Positions 8,826-19,473 are shown, counted from the first letter of the stretch. The stretch: DNA of 64,000 nucleotides from Patescibacteria group bacterium (GCA_023380635.1 JAMCRP010000001.1:247911-311910); one strand, 5' to 3'. Made by a program: numbers and translations. The notes: a model not told the origin generated them from the sequence alone.

Positions 8826-10365
8826 TAAGAAAACCGCTACCGCTCTTTTCCTCTTTCTCCTGGGGTTGGGAACTCTTGTTCGGCTGGTCCCGGTTATTAG
8901 TGGGAATATTTTTTTCTGGTTTGATCAAGGACTGGACACGATCCTGGTTAAGCAGCTTGTCATCGATCATAAGATTAATCTCGTCAGCCGTTATAGCGGC
9001 CTGGCCGGAGTCCTTATGGGACCGATTTGGACCTGGCTGATGGCCATTCCCTTTGCTCTTTCTCGTGGGAATCCAATTTCATTTACCATCTTTTTGTCGA
9101 TCTTATCTTTAACTTCTTCTGTCATCACTTTTTTTCTGGTCAGAAAGTATCTTGGTCCAGTCATTGCCATCATTGTTTCCGGTATAACTCTTCTCGCTCC
9201 GGTTTTTGTTACTAACTCAACAATAGTCGCCAGTCCGCATCCGCTGACATTTCTCTTCATCTTTTTTATTTGGTGTTCGTATGAACTTTTCATTAATCAA
9301 AAAAGGATTTTTTGGGTGCCGCTCTTAGTTCTCACTGGCCTCTTTTTCCAATTTGAAATTGGATTTGCCCTTTTTACCCTTCCTGTTCTTATTGTGTTAT
9401 TCGTAACTTTTAGAGGTTGGCGAACTCTGGGAAAGAGTTTCTTAATGGGCTTATTCTTAGTAGGGTTAACTTTTCTACCGCAAGTTGCTTTTGATTTTCG
9501 TCATGATTTTTTGATTTCCAGAGGAATTTTGAAAATCTTTTCCGGTAGTAACAGCTTGTATGGTACTCACGCGTCATTACCCCAGCGTTTTCTGGACCGG
9601 GCCTGGTCGTTTGGCGACGACTTTTTAACTATGGTTCTGCTTTTTCGGGAATGGTTTATTGTTGTTCCGACGGTGATCTTGATGCTATGGGGATCATACC
9701 TTGCTTGGAAGAAAAAACTTGAACCACAATTATCTTTTATAAAAATATGCGCAATCATCATTGTTGTTTTCTATGTGGGTTTTAGCTTTTATCCCGGACC
9801 GCTTTGGGTTTGGTACCGGGCCGGACTACCTATCGTTTATGCGCTGCTTTTTTCCATTCCGCTAGGAATACTTTGGCAAAAATATCGTTATCTCCGGCTG
9901 CCGCTTCTTCTCTTGTTTCTGATGATAATTTACAAAGCAATCAGCCCTGCCGCTCTACTCTCGGAAATTAAAGGATCCACCACCTCAGATACTGCCAATT
10001 TAAAAGTGCAGCAAATGGTTTTAGATTATGTTTATTCTTCATCTGACGGAAAACCTTTCGCCTATTTTGCTTATACGCCGCCTGTTTATGATTACATCTG
10101 GCAATATGATTTTTGGCAATACGGACAGCAAAAATATAAGCGTCTTCCCGAAAATTTTCGAATGAGCATTCCTTTGCTGGGAATTGGCAGCCAAGCCACC
10201 CCGCCAACCGGAAAAGAAGGTTTGTTTTATGTCATTATCGAACCAAACCGGGAACGCCCCTGGGAAATTGCCGGTTGGGAAAAGAGTTTCATTAAAATCG
10301 GTAAAATTCTGGAAACGCAAAACTTCCCCGGGGATATTATCGTAGAAAAAAGAATTACTGAATGA
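8812..10365 (+). CDS. GT39/PMT_2-family membrane glycosyltransferase (paralog 2)
   Basis: I chose the start MRLNSKKTATALFLF at 8812. The protein is polytopic, with the same architecture as 6629..7936 and 12557..14320. Confidence 0.65.
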   Translation: MRLNSKKTATALFLFLLGLGTLVRLVPVISGNIFFWFDQGLDTILVKQLVIDHKINLVSRYSGLAGVLMGPIWTWLMAIPFALSRGNPISFTIFLSILSLTSSVITFFLVRKYLGPVIAIIVSGITLLAPVFVTNSTIVASPHPLTFLFIFFIWCSYELFINQKRIFWVPLLVLTGLFFQFEIGFALFTLPVLIVLFVTFRGWRTLGKSFLMGLFLVGLTFLPQVAFDFRHDFLISRGILKIFSGSNSLYGTHASLPQRFLDRAWSFGDDFLTMVLLFREWFIVVPTVILMLWGSYLAWKKKLEPQLSFIKICAIIIVVFYVGFSFYPGPLWVWYRAGLPIVYALLFSIPLGILWQKYRYLRLPLLLLFLMIIYKAISPAALLSEIKGSTTSDTANLKVQQMVLDYVYSSSDGKPFAYFAYTPPVYDYIWQYDFWQYGQQKYKRLPENFRMSIPLLGIGSQATPPTGKEGLFYVIIEPNRERPWEIAGWEKSFIKIGKILETQNFPGDIIVEKRITE

Positions 10366-11567
10366 AAAAAATTATTAAAAGTCACGTTTTTTGGGCTATC
10401 CTGATTTTGCTGGCAGCCAATGTAGCTCTGTTCTGGCAATTCTATTTTAAAGGACTATTGCCTTTTCCCGGAAACCTTCTGGTTTCCTATTATTTTCCCT
10501 GGAATGGCGGCGGCTTTGCCGGCTTTGATCCTTGGACCACCCGAAAAGGTGTCACTGCTATGGATGTCGTCAGGCAAATGTATCCCTGGAAAACTTTGGC
10601 CGCAGATATGATTAAATCGGGACAAATTCCTCTATGGAATCCCTATAACTTTTCCGGCACTCCGCTCTTGGCCAATTTGCAGTCTTCAATCTTTTTTCCC
10701 GGGACAATTTTATTCCTGGTTCTTCCATATCTAACCGCCTGGAACCTTCAGGTGATTGGGTTACCGTTACTTTTCAGTTTCTTTGTCTATCTTTTCTTAA
10801 GATCCCTGAAACTTTCGCCTCTTGCCAGCGTCTTTGGGGGCATCGTTGCCGCAAATATTTCCTATCTTGTTGTCTGGGCCGAACAACTAGTAGTCATTCA
10901 AAGCGCGCTGTTTTTACCTTTAGCCTTATGGGGTATCAATAATTACTTTGATAAGAAAAAAGAATTTTATCTCTGGCTCATCCCTATATTTTTAGCTTTC
11001 TCTATTTTCGGCGGTCATATCCAAACAACGGTCTATGTTTATCTGATTACTTTTGCCTATTTGCTATTTCGCCGCGTTCCCGGAAAATTTCTGATCCTGA
11101 TTCCTATATTTTCCCTCGCTATTTCTGCTGTTCAACTTTTTCCGTCAGCAGAACTCTATTTCCAATCTGCCAGGGAAGCAACCGTCAGCCGAGAACTTTT
11201 CTATCAATCGACATTTCCGTGGCAAAATTTAGTTACTATAGTGGCTCCGGATTTTTATGGTAACCCGGGAACAAATAACTTTCGTGGGCGCGATTATGGA
11301 AACTTCCAAGGTTATTTTGGAATTGTCGCTCTTATCCTGGCTCTGTTCTCCTTAAAATATATTCGGGAAAAGAAAGAAATCAGATTCTGGTTAGGGGCGG
11401 GTGTCCTCGGCCTCTTATTTTCTCTGGCACCATTTGCTTATGTTTTTGATTGGCTGCATATTCCGGTTCTTTCTTCCGGGTATCCTTCAAGAATGATCTT
11501 TATTTTCCAGTTCAGTTTGAGCATTTTAGCTGCTTATGGTTTCGAGCGAATTACTAATCACCATTAG
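10362..11567 (+). CDS. yfhO: YfhO-family membrane protein, N-terminal part (frameshifted)
   Basis: YfhO (PF09586)-like N-terminus: FPGNLLVSYYFPWNGGGFAG...QIPLWNPYNFSGTPLLANLQSS. It stops at 11567, while the C-terminal YfhO part continues in the +1 frame from 11530. Confidence 0.7.
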   Translation: MKKIIKSHVFWAILILLAANVALFWQFYFKGLLPFPGNLLVSYYFPWNGGGFAGFDPWTTRKGVTAMDVVRQMYPWKTLAADMIKSGQIPLWNPYNFSGTPLLANLQSSIFFPGTILFLVLPYLTAWNLQVIGLPLLFSFFVYLFLRSLKLSPLASVFGGIVAANISYLVVWAEQLVVIQSALFLPLALWGINNYFDKKKEFYLWLIPIFLAFSIFGGHIQTTVYVYLITFAYLLFRRVPGKFLILIPIFSLAISAVQLFPSAELYFQSAREATVSRELFYQSTFPWQNLVTIVAPDFYGNPGTNNFRGRDYGNFQGYFGIVALILALFSLKYIREKKEIRFWLGAGVLGLLFSLAPFAYVFDWLHIPVLSSGYPSRMIFIFQFSLSILAAYGFERITNHH

Positions 11568-12570
11568 AAATTGTGTCCTGCCGCTAGTCTTAGCAGGGTC
11601 AACTTTGGGAATTATTTTAGTGCTCCCGAAGCGCCTCAAAAAAATTGCCGGCATCCTTTTTATCGTTCTTGCTACTTTGGAATATGCCTATTTCTTTAAT
11701 AAATATCAACCTTTTGCTCCGGCGAAATTTGTTTTTCCCAGCCATCCGGTCTTTAATTTTTTGCGGCAAAATGCCGGATTCAATCGCTTTTTCGGCCAGG
11801 AGAGATCGTATATCGATAATAATTTTGCCACTTTCTATCGGGTTTTTTCCCCCGAAGGTTATGACCCGCTCTACATCCGCCGTTATGAAGAATTTCTGGC
11901 CGGCAGCACCCAGAATATTCCTCGGTCAGACGCCTGGATAAACCAGAAAAACGAAAGTATTGAAAATAAGTCATTGGATTTACTGGGGGTAAAGGATTTT
12001 GTAGATATTACTGACAGTCCGACACTGGATACGGGCCAGAATTTTGCCAAATTTCCCGGCGCGCAATTTGGTTTTGCCGGGCAAGTTAGTCAATGGAAAT
12101 TTTACGATAGACATACTGCTTTGCCTCGGGCTTTTTTGGCGGATAACTATCAAATTTTGCCCGAGAATCAAATTCTTGCCAGACTTTACAGCTCTGATTT
12201 CGACGCCCGGAATACGCTCATCCTAGAAAAAGAGCCGGCAATTAAACCTGCAGCCGGTAGCTCAGCTGCTGCTGAAATTATTGCCTATACGCCAAATGAA
12301 GTAACTATCCAAACTAATAGTGATAAACCAAAGCTCCTTTTTTTGTCGGATAACTACTATCCCGGATGGAAAGCCTTGGTTGATGGCCAAGAAGCTCCAA
12401 TCTTAAGAGCCGACTATACTTTCCGGGCAGTTTCTCTTCCGGCAGGAGAGCATGTCGTTAAATTTAATTACCAGCCTCAGGGTTTCTATATTGGAGCATT
12501 TATTAGCGTCGTTTCTCTCCTTTTCTTATTTGGTGTTATAGTGTTTTTATTAAGCCATGAGAAAACTTAA
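11536..12570 (+). CDS. yfhO: YfhO-family membrane protein, C-terminal part (continuation after +1 frame change)
   Basis: The C-terminal conserved YfhO motif is DNYYPGWKALVDGQEAPILRADYTFRAVSLPAGEHVVKFNY, followed by a final TM. Together the two parts (about 745 aa) match the normal YfhO length. Confidence 0.7.
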   Translation: MVSSELLITIRNCVLPLVLAGSTLGIILVLPKRLKKIAGILFIVLATLEYAYFFNKYQPFAPAKFVFPSHPVFNFLRQNAGFNRFFGQERSYIDNNFATFYRVFSPEGYDPLYIRRYEEFLAGSTQNIPRSDAWINQKNESIENKSLDLLGVKDFVDITDSPTLDTGQNFAKFPGAQFGFAGQVSQWKFYDRHTALPRAFLADNYQILPENQILARLYSSDFDARNTLILEKEPAIKPAAGSSAAAEIIAYTPNEVTIQTNSDKPKLLFLSDNYYPGWKALVDGQEAPILRADYTFRAVSLPAGEHVVKFNYQPQGFYIGAFISVVSLLFLFGVIVFLLSHEKT

Positions 12571-14320
12571 ATCTATTTTCTACTCTGATCTTTTCTGGCT
12601 TATGACAGTATTAACAGTCAGCCTGATTGGTTATCTTTTTACTATTCATGGCTTCCCCCCGGGTCTTCTCAATGATGAGGTTGATATCGGCTACGAAGCA
12701 AACTCGATCTTATTAACCGCCAGAGATCAATGGGGTAATTTTTTACCGTTACAGTATTTTAGCGGTTTCGGCGGAACCCGCTTGCCCCTACTAATCTATT
12801 GGACCGTGGCTTTTATCAAATTTTTTGGATTGAACCAGGAAGGCTTGCGTCTCGCCGGCGTCGCCGCTGCTCTGCTCGGAATTGTCGGCTTCTTCTTTCT
12901 TCTAAAAAATCTTTACGACAATCTGCTGGCCGGGTTAGCAACGATCGTATTAATTTTAACCCCCTGGTTCTGGGGGTTAACCAGAACTACCAACGAAGCA
13001 GTCCTGGCGCTATCACTGACAATATGGGGAATTTTGTTTTTGTATTTAAGCCGCAAAAAGGATATTTTCCTCATCTTGGCGGCGATTTTTCTCGGTTTGT
13101 CATTTTACGCTTATTACAGCAGTCAGATTTTCACTCCTCTTCTGATGGTTCTCCTGTTTTGGAAATGGCCTTGGTTGCACAAAGGTAAACTTTTTCCCAA
13201 AGCTGCCTCGCTAATGGTATTTCTTTTCATCATTTCCCCTTTAATCCTCAAAACGCTTACCGGCGGAGGCAGCGCCGTCCGCTTGGAACAAACCGGAATT
13301 TTTGGCAACGTTTCGTTGGTTGGAGAACTGAATGTCCGGCGGTTCGACTGCGAGCAAAACGCTCCGGCAATCTGGTGTCGAACTATTTACAATAAACCCC
13401 TCCTTTGGCTGGGTGAAGTTTCGGCCAACTATTTAAATCACTTTTCGCCCACTTTTTTGTTTACTGACAATTGGTTTGTTGGAATTCTGCCGCCCGGAAG
13501 ATTATTTTTTCTCGGATTACTACCGGGTCTTATCGCCGGTTTTCTTGTCTTAGTTAGAGAAAGTCAAGAAAAAAAGTGGCTTTGGCTCGGTTGGTTATTG
13601 GCAGCCCCAATTGCTGATAGCCTTACCAGTAATGGCCAAGCTATGCGGGCTCTTCTCATTGTTCCACCTCTGGTTGCCATAGCAGTAATCGGATGGAGAT
13701 CAATTTTAAATTACCTGGATAATCCAAAATTAAAGATTCTTCTGATCTCGGGTTTGGCTATTTTTCTCCTATTCGAAACCGCGCATTTTCTAAGCGATTA
13801 TTTTTGGTACTTCCCTCTAAAAAATTCTATGTATTCCCATTATCCATATCAACCGCTGATGGATTACCTGCTTTCGGTAGAGAAAGATTATCCGCAAATT
13901 TATATTTCCAATGCGGCCAACAGCAGCATAAAACAATACGCTTTCTATGTTTTTTACGATAAGTTTGATCCTCACATTTTTCAAAACAGATCGACTGTTA
14001 AATGGGAAAGAGAAAATGAAGGCTGGATTTGGGTGAAGCAAATTGGTAAATGGAACTTTGTTAAATCTTTGCCGCCTCTTTATAAGATTCCCAGAGGGAG
14101 TCTTTTGGTATCTGATCCGGATGAAACTTCCAATACCAGCAAACTTCGATTGGAGAATATAGTGGAAAACCAAATTCTCACCCTGACACCGCTAAAGACC
14201 ATCCGCTATCTCAATGGCGACCCCGCTTTTGTCATCAGCGTGGTTAACCCGAAACCTTTGGGAGAAATCTGTAATGAGACAACAAGCCAGGAAATTATTA
14301 ATGCCGTCTGTAATAAATAA
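12557..14320 (+). CDS. GT39/PMT_2-family membrane glycosyltransferase (paralog 3)
   Basis: The N-terminus PPGLLNDEVDIGYEANSILLTARDQWGNFLPLQY plus multiple TM helices is ArnT/PMT-like. Confidence 0.65.
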   Translation: MRKLKSIFYSDLFWLMTVLTVSLIGYLFTIHGFPPGLLNDEVDIGYEANSILLTARDQWGNFLPLQYFSGFGGTRLPLLIYWTVAFIKFFGLNQEGLRLAGVAAALLGIVGFFFLLKNLYDNLLAGLATIVLILTPWFWGLTRTTNEAVLALSLTIWGILFLYLSRKKDIFLILAAIFLGLSFYAYYSSQIFTPLLMVLLFWKWPWLHKGKLFPKAASLMVFLFIISPLILKTLTGGGSAVRLEQTGIFGNVSLVGELNVRRFDCEQNAPAIWCRTIYNKPLLWLGEVSANYLNHFSPTFLFTDNWFVGILPPGRLFFLGLLPGLIAGFLVLVRESQEKKWLWLGWLLAAPIADSLTSNGQAMRALLIVPPLVAIAVIGWRSILNYLDNPKLKILLISGLAIFLLFETAHFLSDYFWYFPLKNSMYSHYPYQPLMDYLLSVEKDYPQIYISNAANSSIKQYAFYVFYDKFDPHIFQNRSTVKWERENEGWIWVKQIGKWNFVKSLPPLYKIPRGSLLVSDPDETSNTSKLRLENIVENQILTLTPLKTIRYLNGDPAFVISVVNPKPLGEICNETTSQEIINAVCNK

Positions 14321-15795
14321 TGCTAAGCCTTAGAAAACTCTGGCCAGTTTTAACTCTTGTCCTTCTGACTATACCGGTTATTTTTCCATTACTCCAACCA
14401 GGTTTTTTTGCCACTGATGACGGCAATTGGATGGTTATTCGCCTTGCCGCCTTTCACCAGACTCTTCGCTCGGGCCAGTTTCCCGTCAGGTTTCTCTATC
14501 CATTGAACCATGGTTTTGGGTATCCGGTCGCCGATTTTTTATACCCCCTGCCGTTTTATCTTGGAGAAATTATTCATCTTGCCGGTTTCGGCTTTGTCGA
14601 TTCGGTTAAGATTATCTTTCTTCTTAGTTTTCTTTGCGGCGCAATTTTCATGTATTTTCTTGTCCGTCCCAGATGGGGAAACCTTGCCGCTCTGGCTGCC
14701 AGTTTGCTGTATACCTATGCCCCTTATCATATTTTTGATACTTACCACCGCGGTTCATTAGGTGAAGTTTTGGCATTAGCTCTTGTTCCCTTAGTTTTTT
14801 ACTTTTTACAACGCCAAAGCTTCTTTGCCGCGGCCTTAAGCTTTGCTGCTTTGATCACCGCCCACAATGTCATCGCTTTGATATTTAGTCCTTTCATCCT
14901 TTTGTTTGCCTTCAAACCGAAGCAGTTTAAATCCGCGTTAATCTTTCTTCTTTTATCTTTGGCAACTTCCGCATTCTTTTGGCTGCCGGCTCTTTATGAT
15001 CTGCAGTTCACCAGAGCAGCCGCTACTCAAGTAGCGGATTTCCGCCAATATTTCCTTGACCGGAATAATTTTCTGTCTTTAGTGGGTCCGGCTATTCCCT
15101 TCGCGATTATTACATCGGTGCTTTTTATCAGGAAGACCAAAAATTATCTTGTTGCCATTTCTCTTTTGGCCGTTTTAGTCTCACTCTTTTTTACCTCCGG
15201 TTTTTCCGGGACTTTTTGGCAATTTCCGCTTCTTCCCAAAGTCGTTCAGTTTCCCTGGAGATTTTTATCTGTCACTGTTTTCGGCTCGTCAATTTTACTG
15301 GCGGTAGTAATTTCCAGACTAAACAGGATTATTGCTATCTTAGTTATTTTTGTTAGTGTAGCCCTGTCTATACCGCTTATTAATGTCGTCAGAACAAATT
15401 TTCCGGACAGCTACTATTCCACAAATGACGACACCACAACCGTTAAAAACGAGTATATGAGTAAATGGGTAGTCTCCGATCCAAAAACCCGGCCGGTCAG
15501 CTATATAGAAAACATCTCCCCTAATATCATCAGAGTTAATCAAATATATTTTCCCGGTTGGGAAGTCTTTGTTGACGGCAAAAAAACCCCTATCTCCTAC
15601 GCCGATAACGGCTTAATTGAAATTGCGGTAACACCGGGATCGCACAATATAAAGGCAGAATTTACGGAGACGCCACTTCGGACTGCCGCAGACATTGTTT
15701 CACTTCTCAGCCTAGGCGTAACGGCGCTATGGGCAACCAGACCCCTGTGGAAAGGAAAGGGTAATAGCGCAAAAGCAGCAGAACCAAAGAAATAA
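14320..15795 (+). CDS. PTPS-related-domain membrane protein (paralog of 3186..4826)
   Basis: ATDDGNWMVIRLAAFHQTLRSGQFPVRFLYPLNHGFGYPVADFLYPLPFYLGEIIHLAGFG is the same signature as in 3186..4826. Confidence 0.65.
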   Translation: MLSLRKLWPVLTLVLLTIPVIFPLLQPGFFATDDGNWMVIRLAAFHQTLRSGQFPVRFLYPLNHGFGYPVADFLYPLPFYLGEIIHLAGFGFVDSVKIIFLLSFLCGAIFMYFLVRPRWGNLAALAASLLYTYAPYHIFDTYHRGSLGEVLALALVPLVFYFLQRQSFFAAALSFAALITAHNVIALIFSPFILLFAFKPKQFKSALIFLLLSLATSAFFWLPALYDLQFTRAAATQVADFRQYFLDRNNFLSLVGPAIPFAIITSVLFIRKTKNYLVAISLLAVLVSLFFTSGFSGTFWQFPLLPKVVQFPWRFLSVTVFGSSILLAVVISRLNRIIAILVIFVSVALSIPLINVVRTNFPDSYYSTNDDTTTVKNEYMSKWVVSDPKTRPVSYIENISPNIIRVNQIYFPGWEVFVDGKKTPISYADNGLIEIAVTPGSHNIKAEFTETPLRTAADIVSLLSLGVTALWATRPLWKGKGNSAKAAEPKK

Positions 15796-16729
15796 TGACC
15801 GCGCTCCAGACGGCAAATTTATTATTTGGCAACAACGCGGAAAAACCCAACGGAACAATAAAATAATGAGGGAGCAGTTCGTGGGTCCCCGTTTGGGCCA
15901 ATGCCCCGATATAAGCCAAAACTATCAAAGCAATTTCCCTTCTTCTATTGATGAAAAAGGCGGGGACTTGGAAAGCTGTGGCGTATTTGATTCCCACAGA
16001 AATAACCCAGCCAAAAGTTCCCCACACTTTATGTTTATTAAGAAAAAGGTAATATCCGAAAATGGCAAAAAAGAGCATCACAATATCCATATGTCCGGCG
16101 ACGACACCTTCATAAATTATTAATGGGTTGAAAGCGAACAGAACCAGGCCTTTGTTTTTAGCTAATTTATAAATAAAGTACGCGCTGCCGACATAAGCAG
16201 CTACCGCCATCCCCTTAAACCAAAAAAGAGTTAAAAGGAATTTATTGAGCCCCAAAAAATAAAACAGAACGGAAATAGGTAAAAAAGTGGGGCCATATGG
16301 ATAGGTCCGGTGTGTCCAGTTCATAAACCGGGTCCAGGTGTCTGTCGGATACATGAGAGCGGTAGTGGTATACGGATTAGCATGGTGGAAAACAGCAATC
16401 CGGGCGTCGAAAATATAGTTAAAAATGTCGTGAGAAAAAGCAGGGTAGCTTATCAAGCCAAGTATGGCCACAGCGACTACCAGCAGAGCCATATTTTTTG
16501 GCAATAGCCTATTAGCGTCACGGATAAATAGAAAATAGAAAATAGAAAATAGAATTGTCAGAACAATAAATATTTCCGTTGACAATGGCCGGTTAAAATA
16601 ACCCAGTTGAATCATCTGATGTTGGAAATTCAAAAACCATGAGGTTTGAAATAGAGTTAAATTGAGATCAATTTGGGAGTAGGAATATATTCCCAGGGAC
16701 AAAAGGAGTAACAAATATAGGATGATCAT
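15707..16729 (-). CDS. polytopic membrane protein, putative GT-C-type glycosyltransferase (DUF2029/GT87-like), function unknown
   Basis: The 340-aa protein is an integral membrane protein with about 9-10 TM helices and lies inside the glycosylation island. The family assignment is tentative. Confidence 0.45.
   Translation of the reverse strand: MIILYLLLLLSLGIYSYSQIDLNLTLFQTSWFLNFQHQMIQLGYFNRPLSTEIFIVLTILFSIFYFLFIRDANRLLPKNMALLVVAVAILGLISYPAFSHDIFNYIFDARIAVFHHANPYTTTALMYPTDTWTRFMNWTHRTYPYGPTFLPISVLFYFLGLNKFLLTLFWFKGMAVAAYVGSAYFIYKLAKNKGLVLFAFNPLIIYEGVVAGHMDIVMLFFAIFGYYLFLNKHKVWGTFGWVISVGIKYATAFQVPAFFINRRREIALIVLAYIGALAQTGTHELLPHYFIVPLGFSALLPNNKFAVWSAVIISLVLLLLRYYPFLSTGVWLPIAPLRLG
16526..16553. 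repeat. perfect 7-nt tandem repeat (AAATAGA)x4 inside CDS 15707..16729
   Basis: The units are aaataga aaataga aaataga aaataga. The repeat encodes FSIFYFLF on the minus strand. Confidence 0.6.
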
Positions 16730-17496
16730 TTGTAGAAACCCCGCAGATCGTTAAGTTTTACCCGGAAGATTTCTTTAAGCATATCTAAGGATTCTTTGAC
16801 AAATTTGCCGCCCCCGCGGCTTTTTCCTGTAGACACATCGCGATCAGCCCAAGTCACGGGTACCTCAGCAATCTTGTAGCCCCGCCGCTGAGCGGCAACC
16901 AACAGTTCCACATCGAAAGAAGTAACTTTCCACCCCTCGACTTGGTTTTTTTCACTGCGGATAACCTGAAGCAACGGAAAAATCTCCTTGGCTACTTTAC
17001 CTTTAAAAGATTTGAAACCTGCCTGGGTATCAACAATCTCCCGAAGGAGAGCTGCCCGCCTAATCTCACGAAAAACTGTTGAGGCCAACTGCCGGAAAGC
17101 TGAAAAATTTTTTCGCTCGCTTCCCCGACTGCCAATAACAACATCAAAACCCTTTTTATAAAAAGGTAGAAGTTTAGCCACTTCAGAAATCGGAGTCGAT
17201 TGGTCCATATCAGTAAAAAGAACTATCTCACCTTCGGTTGCCCGAATCCCGGACCAAACGGCAAAAGGTTTCCCGGCATGATCATTTTGAAGATATTTGA
17301 ATCCGGAAGTTTTTTCGCAGAAATCTTCAGCTAAGCGGCGAGCCTGCTCGTCCGGAGAGCCATCGTCGGAAACGATAACTTCCCATGGATAATCCTGTTT
17401 CTGCAGATAGTCGTTCACCTCTGCCAGCGCTCCTCGCTTCAGATTTTCGGTTTCGTTATAGGAGGGAATAACAACGGAAAGATATGGTTTAGCCAT
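16726..17496 (-). CDS. GT2-family polyprenol-phosphate glycosyltransferase (DPM1/dolichyl-phosphate beta-glucosyltransferase-like)
   Basis: LSVVIPSYNETENL...VIVSDDGSPDE...FTDMDQSTP is the GT2 DPM1-like catalytic domain. Confidence 0.75.
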   Translation of the reverse strand: MAKPYLSVVIPSYNETENLKRGALAEVNDYLQKQDYPWEVIVSDDGSPDEQARRLAEDFCEKTSGFKYLQNDHAGKPFAVWSGIRATEGEIVLFTDMDQSTPISEVAKLLPFYKKGFDVVIGSRGSERKNFSAFRQLASTVFREIRRAALLREIVDTQAGFKSFKGKVAKEIFPLLQVIRSEKNQVEGWKVTSFDVELLVAAQRRGYKIAEVPVTWADRDVSTGKSRGGGKFVKESLDMLKEIFRVKLNDLRGFYK

Positions 17497-17499
17497 ACA

Positions 17500-18990
17500 C
17501 TATTTACCCGTATAGTGTATCAGTTTGTAAATACTTATTCCAGCCGGCCCCATTTTTGAATCGACAATTTCCGCCCGGCCAAAACCGGCGATTTCCCAAA
17601 GCGGATTTCCCAGCGGTTCGCACTTTTTTTCTTCACAGATAACGACCAGGGTGTTAGTTACCGTTTCCCTCCTGGGATCATTATCCGGATTCTCAATTGT
17701 CACCGGCGCCCGGTTCCAGAGTTCCAGGTAATAACGGTAAGCTTGATCGGTATTGAAATTGGATATCAAACCGAGATTATACGGTTGACCTCCGGCGTAA
17801 TCTAAAACTGTCCTGTCTATCTCCTGAATTTGCGACAACATGTTGTGGGGTGGTTGCCAGAGATAAAGATTTTTAATCATAAAGTAGCTTAAGATTGCCG
17901 CTCCGGTCAAAAACACCGGTATCCCTACTTTTCTTTTAAGAAGCGCGCTTCCGGTTACCCCCAGCAAAAGAAATGGCAAGGGATAAAGATAGCCAAAATA
18001 GTGGTCGTTTAGCTGGCCTTGATAAGAACCAACTCCCAGCGTCCCAACAAGCAGCCAGACCAGAATTAAGGCCGCTTTAATCTTAGAATTTTCGGTTTGG
18101 CGTATTTTTGCTACCCAATATCCCACACCAATTAGTGAGACAAAAAAGAAAACATATTCCCAGACTGTCTCCCGGAAACCAAAAAGCATGCCATAAAGCC
18201 GGCGCTGGATCTCCATAATTAGCCAAACAAGATTACTACTTCGGGGGGCCACAGTTTGCCCCCGGCGGGTGATAAACTCCCAGATGCTTTTAGTGTTGGG
18301 AAATCCGTGACGAATCTCAAAGATAATAAACAGCGAGTTGCCTAACAGAAAACCCGCTAAAACCGCGGCAATTTGTCTTAACCAATCTCTTACCGGAAAG
18401 ATTAAGAGCATTGCCAAGCCGATTACCGCCGCCAAAGCCAGATTCATATAATGCAGCTGAAACAAAATGCCGTAACTGACTCCTGCCAGGAAGGTGTAGA
18501 TAATCTTCTTTCTGGTGGCAGACAAATACAAAAGAGCAACGGTTATAAGCGTAAAAAATGGTACCGGATTGGGGTTCCAGGAGAACCGGGAAATATCGAT
18601 CATTTTGGGCGACAGAGCTACCAGAAACGAGGCGATAATTGCTGCCTTGGTATCAAAAAACCTGGCAGCAAACCAGTAGGTTAAGGCTACCATCGCCACT
18701 CCGATCAGAGCCGAAAGATAGGCCGGACCCACGGGATCAAGGCGGAAAAGCCACAGAAAGGGCAGCATGAAATAATAGTAAATCGGCCCGGTAAAAAAAC
18801 CGCCCACCGAAGCGCTCGGTCCCAAAAGTGTCCACTTATGATTGACGATCATCGCCTTAACAACGAGAACATCCCGCCCCTGGTCACCCAAAAACTGGAG
18901 GTATCCTGAAAGGTTGTAAAACCGCAGACCCGCAGCTATTAGCAAAATTACAACGAGCCAAAAACGGCTGTTTCGAAGGAATTTAAACAT
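17500..18990 (-). CDS. GT39/PMT_2-family membrane glycosyltransferase (paralog 4)
   Basis: RFYNLSGYLQFLGDQGRDVLVVKAMIVNHKWTLLGPSASVGGFFTGPIYYY is the ArnT/PMT_2-like N-terminus. The protein is polytopic. Confidence 0.7.
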   Translation of the reverse strand: MFKFLRNSRFWLVVILLIAAGLRFYNLSGYLQFLGDQGRDVLVVKAMIVNHKWTLLGPSASVGGFFTGPIYYYFMLPFLWLFRLDPVGPAYLSALIGVAMVALTYWFAARFFDTKAAIIASFLVALSPKMIDISRFSWNPNPVPFFTLITVALLYLSATRKKIIYTFLAGVSYGILFQLHYMNLALAAVIGLAMLLIFPVRDWLRQIAAVLAGFLLGNSLFIIFEIRHGFPNTKSIWEFITRRGQTVAPRSSNLVWLIMEIQRRLYGMLFGFRETVWEYVFFFVSLIGVGYWVAKIRQTENSKIKAALILVWLLVGTLGVGSYQGQLNDHYFGYLYPLPFLLLGVTGSALLKRKVGIPVFLTGAAILSYFMIKNLYLWQPPHNMLSQIQEIDRTVLDYAGGQPYNLGLISNFNTDQAYRYYLELWNRAPVTIENPDNDPRRETVTNTLVVICEEKKCEPLGNPLWEIAGFGRAEIVDSKMGPAGISIYKLIHYTGK

Positions 18991-19472
18991 TATTTCCAGA
19001 TGATTTGACTGTAGATGATGAAGTTAACGATCAAACCCACCCCAACGCCGGCAACATAAAAGACCAGATAGGCACTGAATTTCTTGGCAAATTTACCAGC
19101 CACGGGTAATCCGGAAACCAGTTTAACTATTCCCAATTTGGACCAAGGTGTCATTAACAATATTGGCTGCTTAAATTTTTTCAGACCAAATATCAGCTCG
19201 CCAGTTTTGAGAAAAACGAACTGAATAATGACCGACCCAAAAGAGAGAATATTAAACTGAACGAACTTCATCGGCACATCGCTCATCGCCAAAGACCGAT
19301 CAGAAAAGGTAAAGAAATTATTGAGAATGAAGTTAGAAATGATGGCCAGCTCCGCTCCCGCCGGTCCAGCAATTGATGGCGCCACATCAACCCGGACACC
19401 CAAAATCAAGACAGTGGTGTTAATAATAAATCCAATAGTGCCGACAATCAGGAATTTTAAGAAATGCGCCAT
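18990..19472 (-). CDS. gtrA: GtrA-family small membrane protein
   Basis: The 160-aa protein has 4 TM helices and a GtrA-like (PF04138) profile. It is adjacent to GT2 genes. Confidence 0.6.
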   Translation of the reverse strand: MAHFLKFLIVGTIGFIINTTVLILGVRVDVAPSIAGPAGAELAIISNFILNNFFTFSDRSLAMSDVPMKFVQFNILSFGSVIIQFVFLKTGELIFGLKKFKQPILLMTPWSKLGIVKLVSGLPVAGKFAKKFSAYLVFYVAGVGVGLIVNFIIYSQIIWK

Positions 19473-19473
19473 A

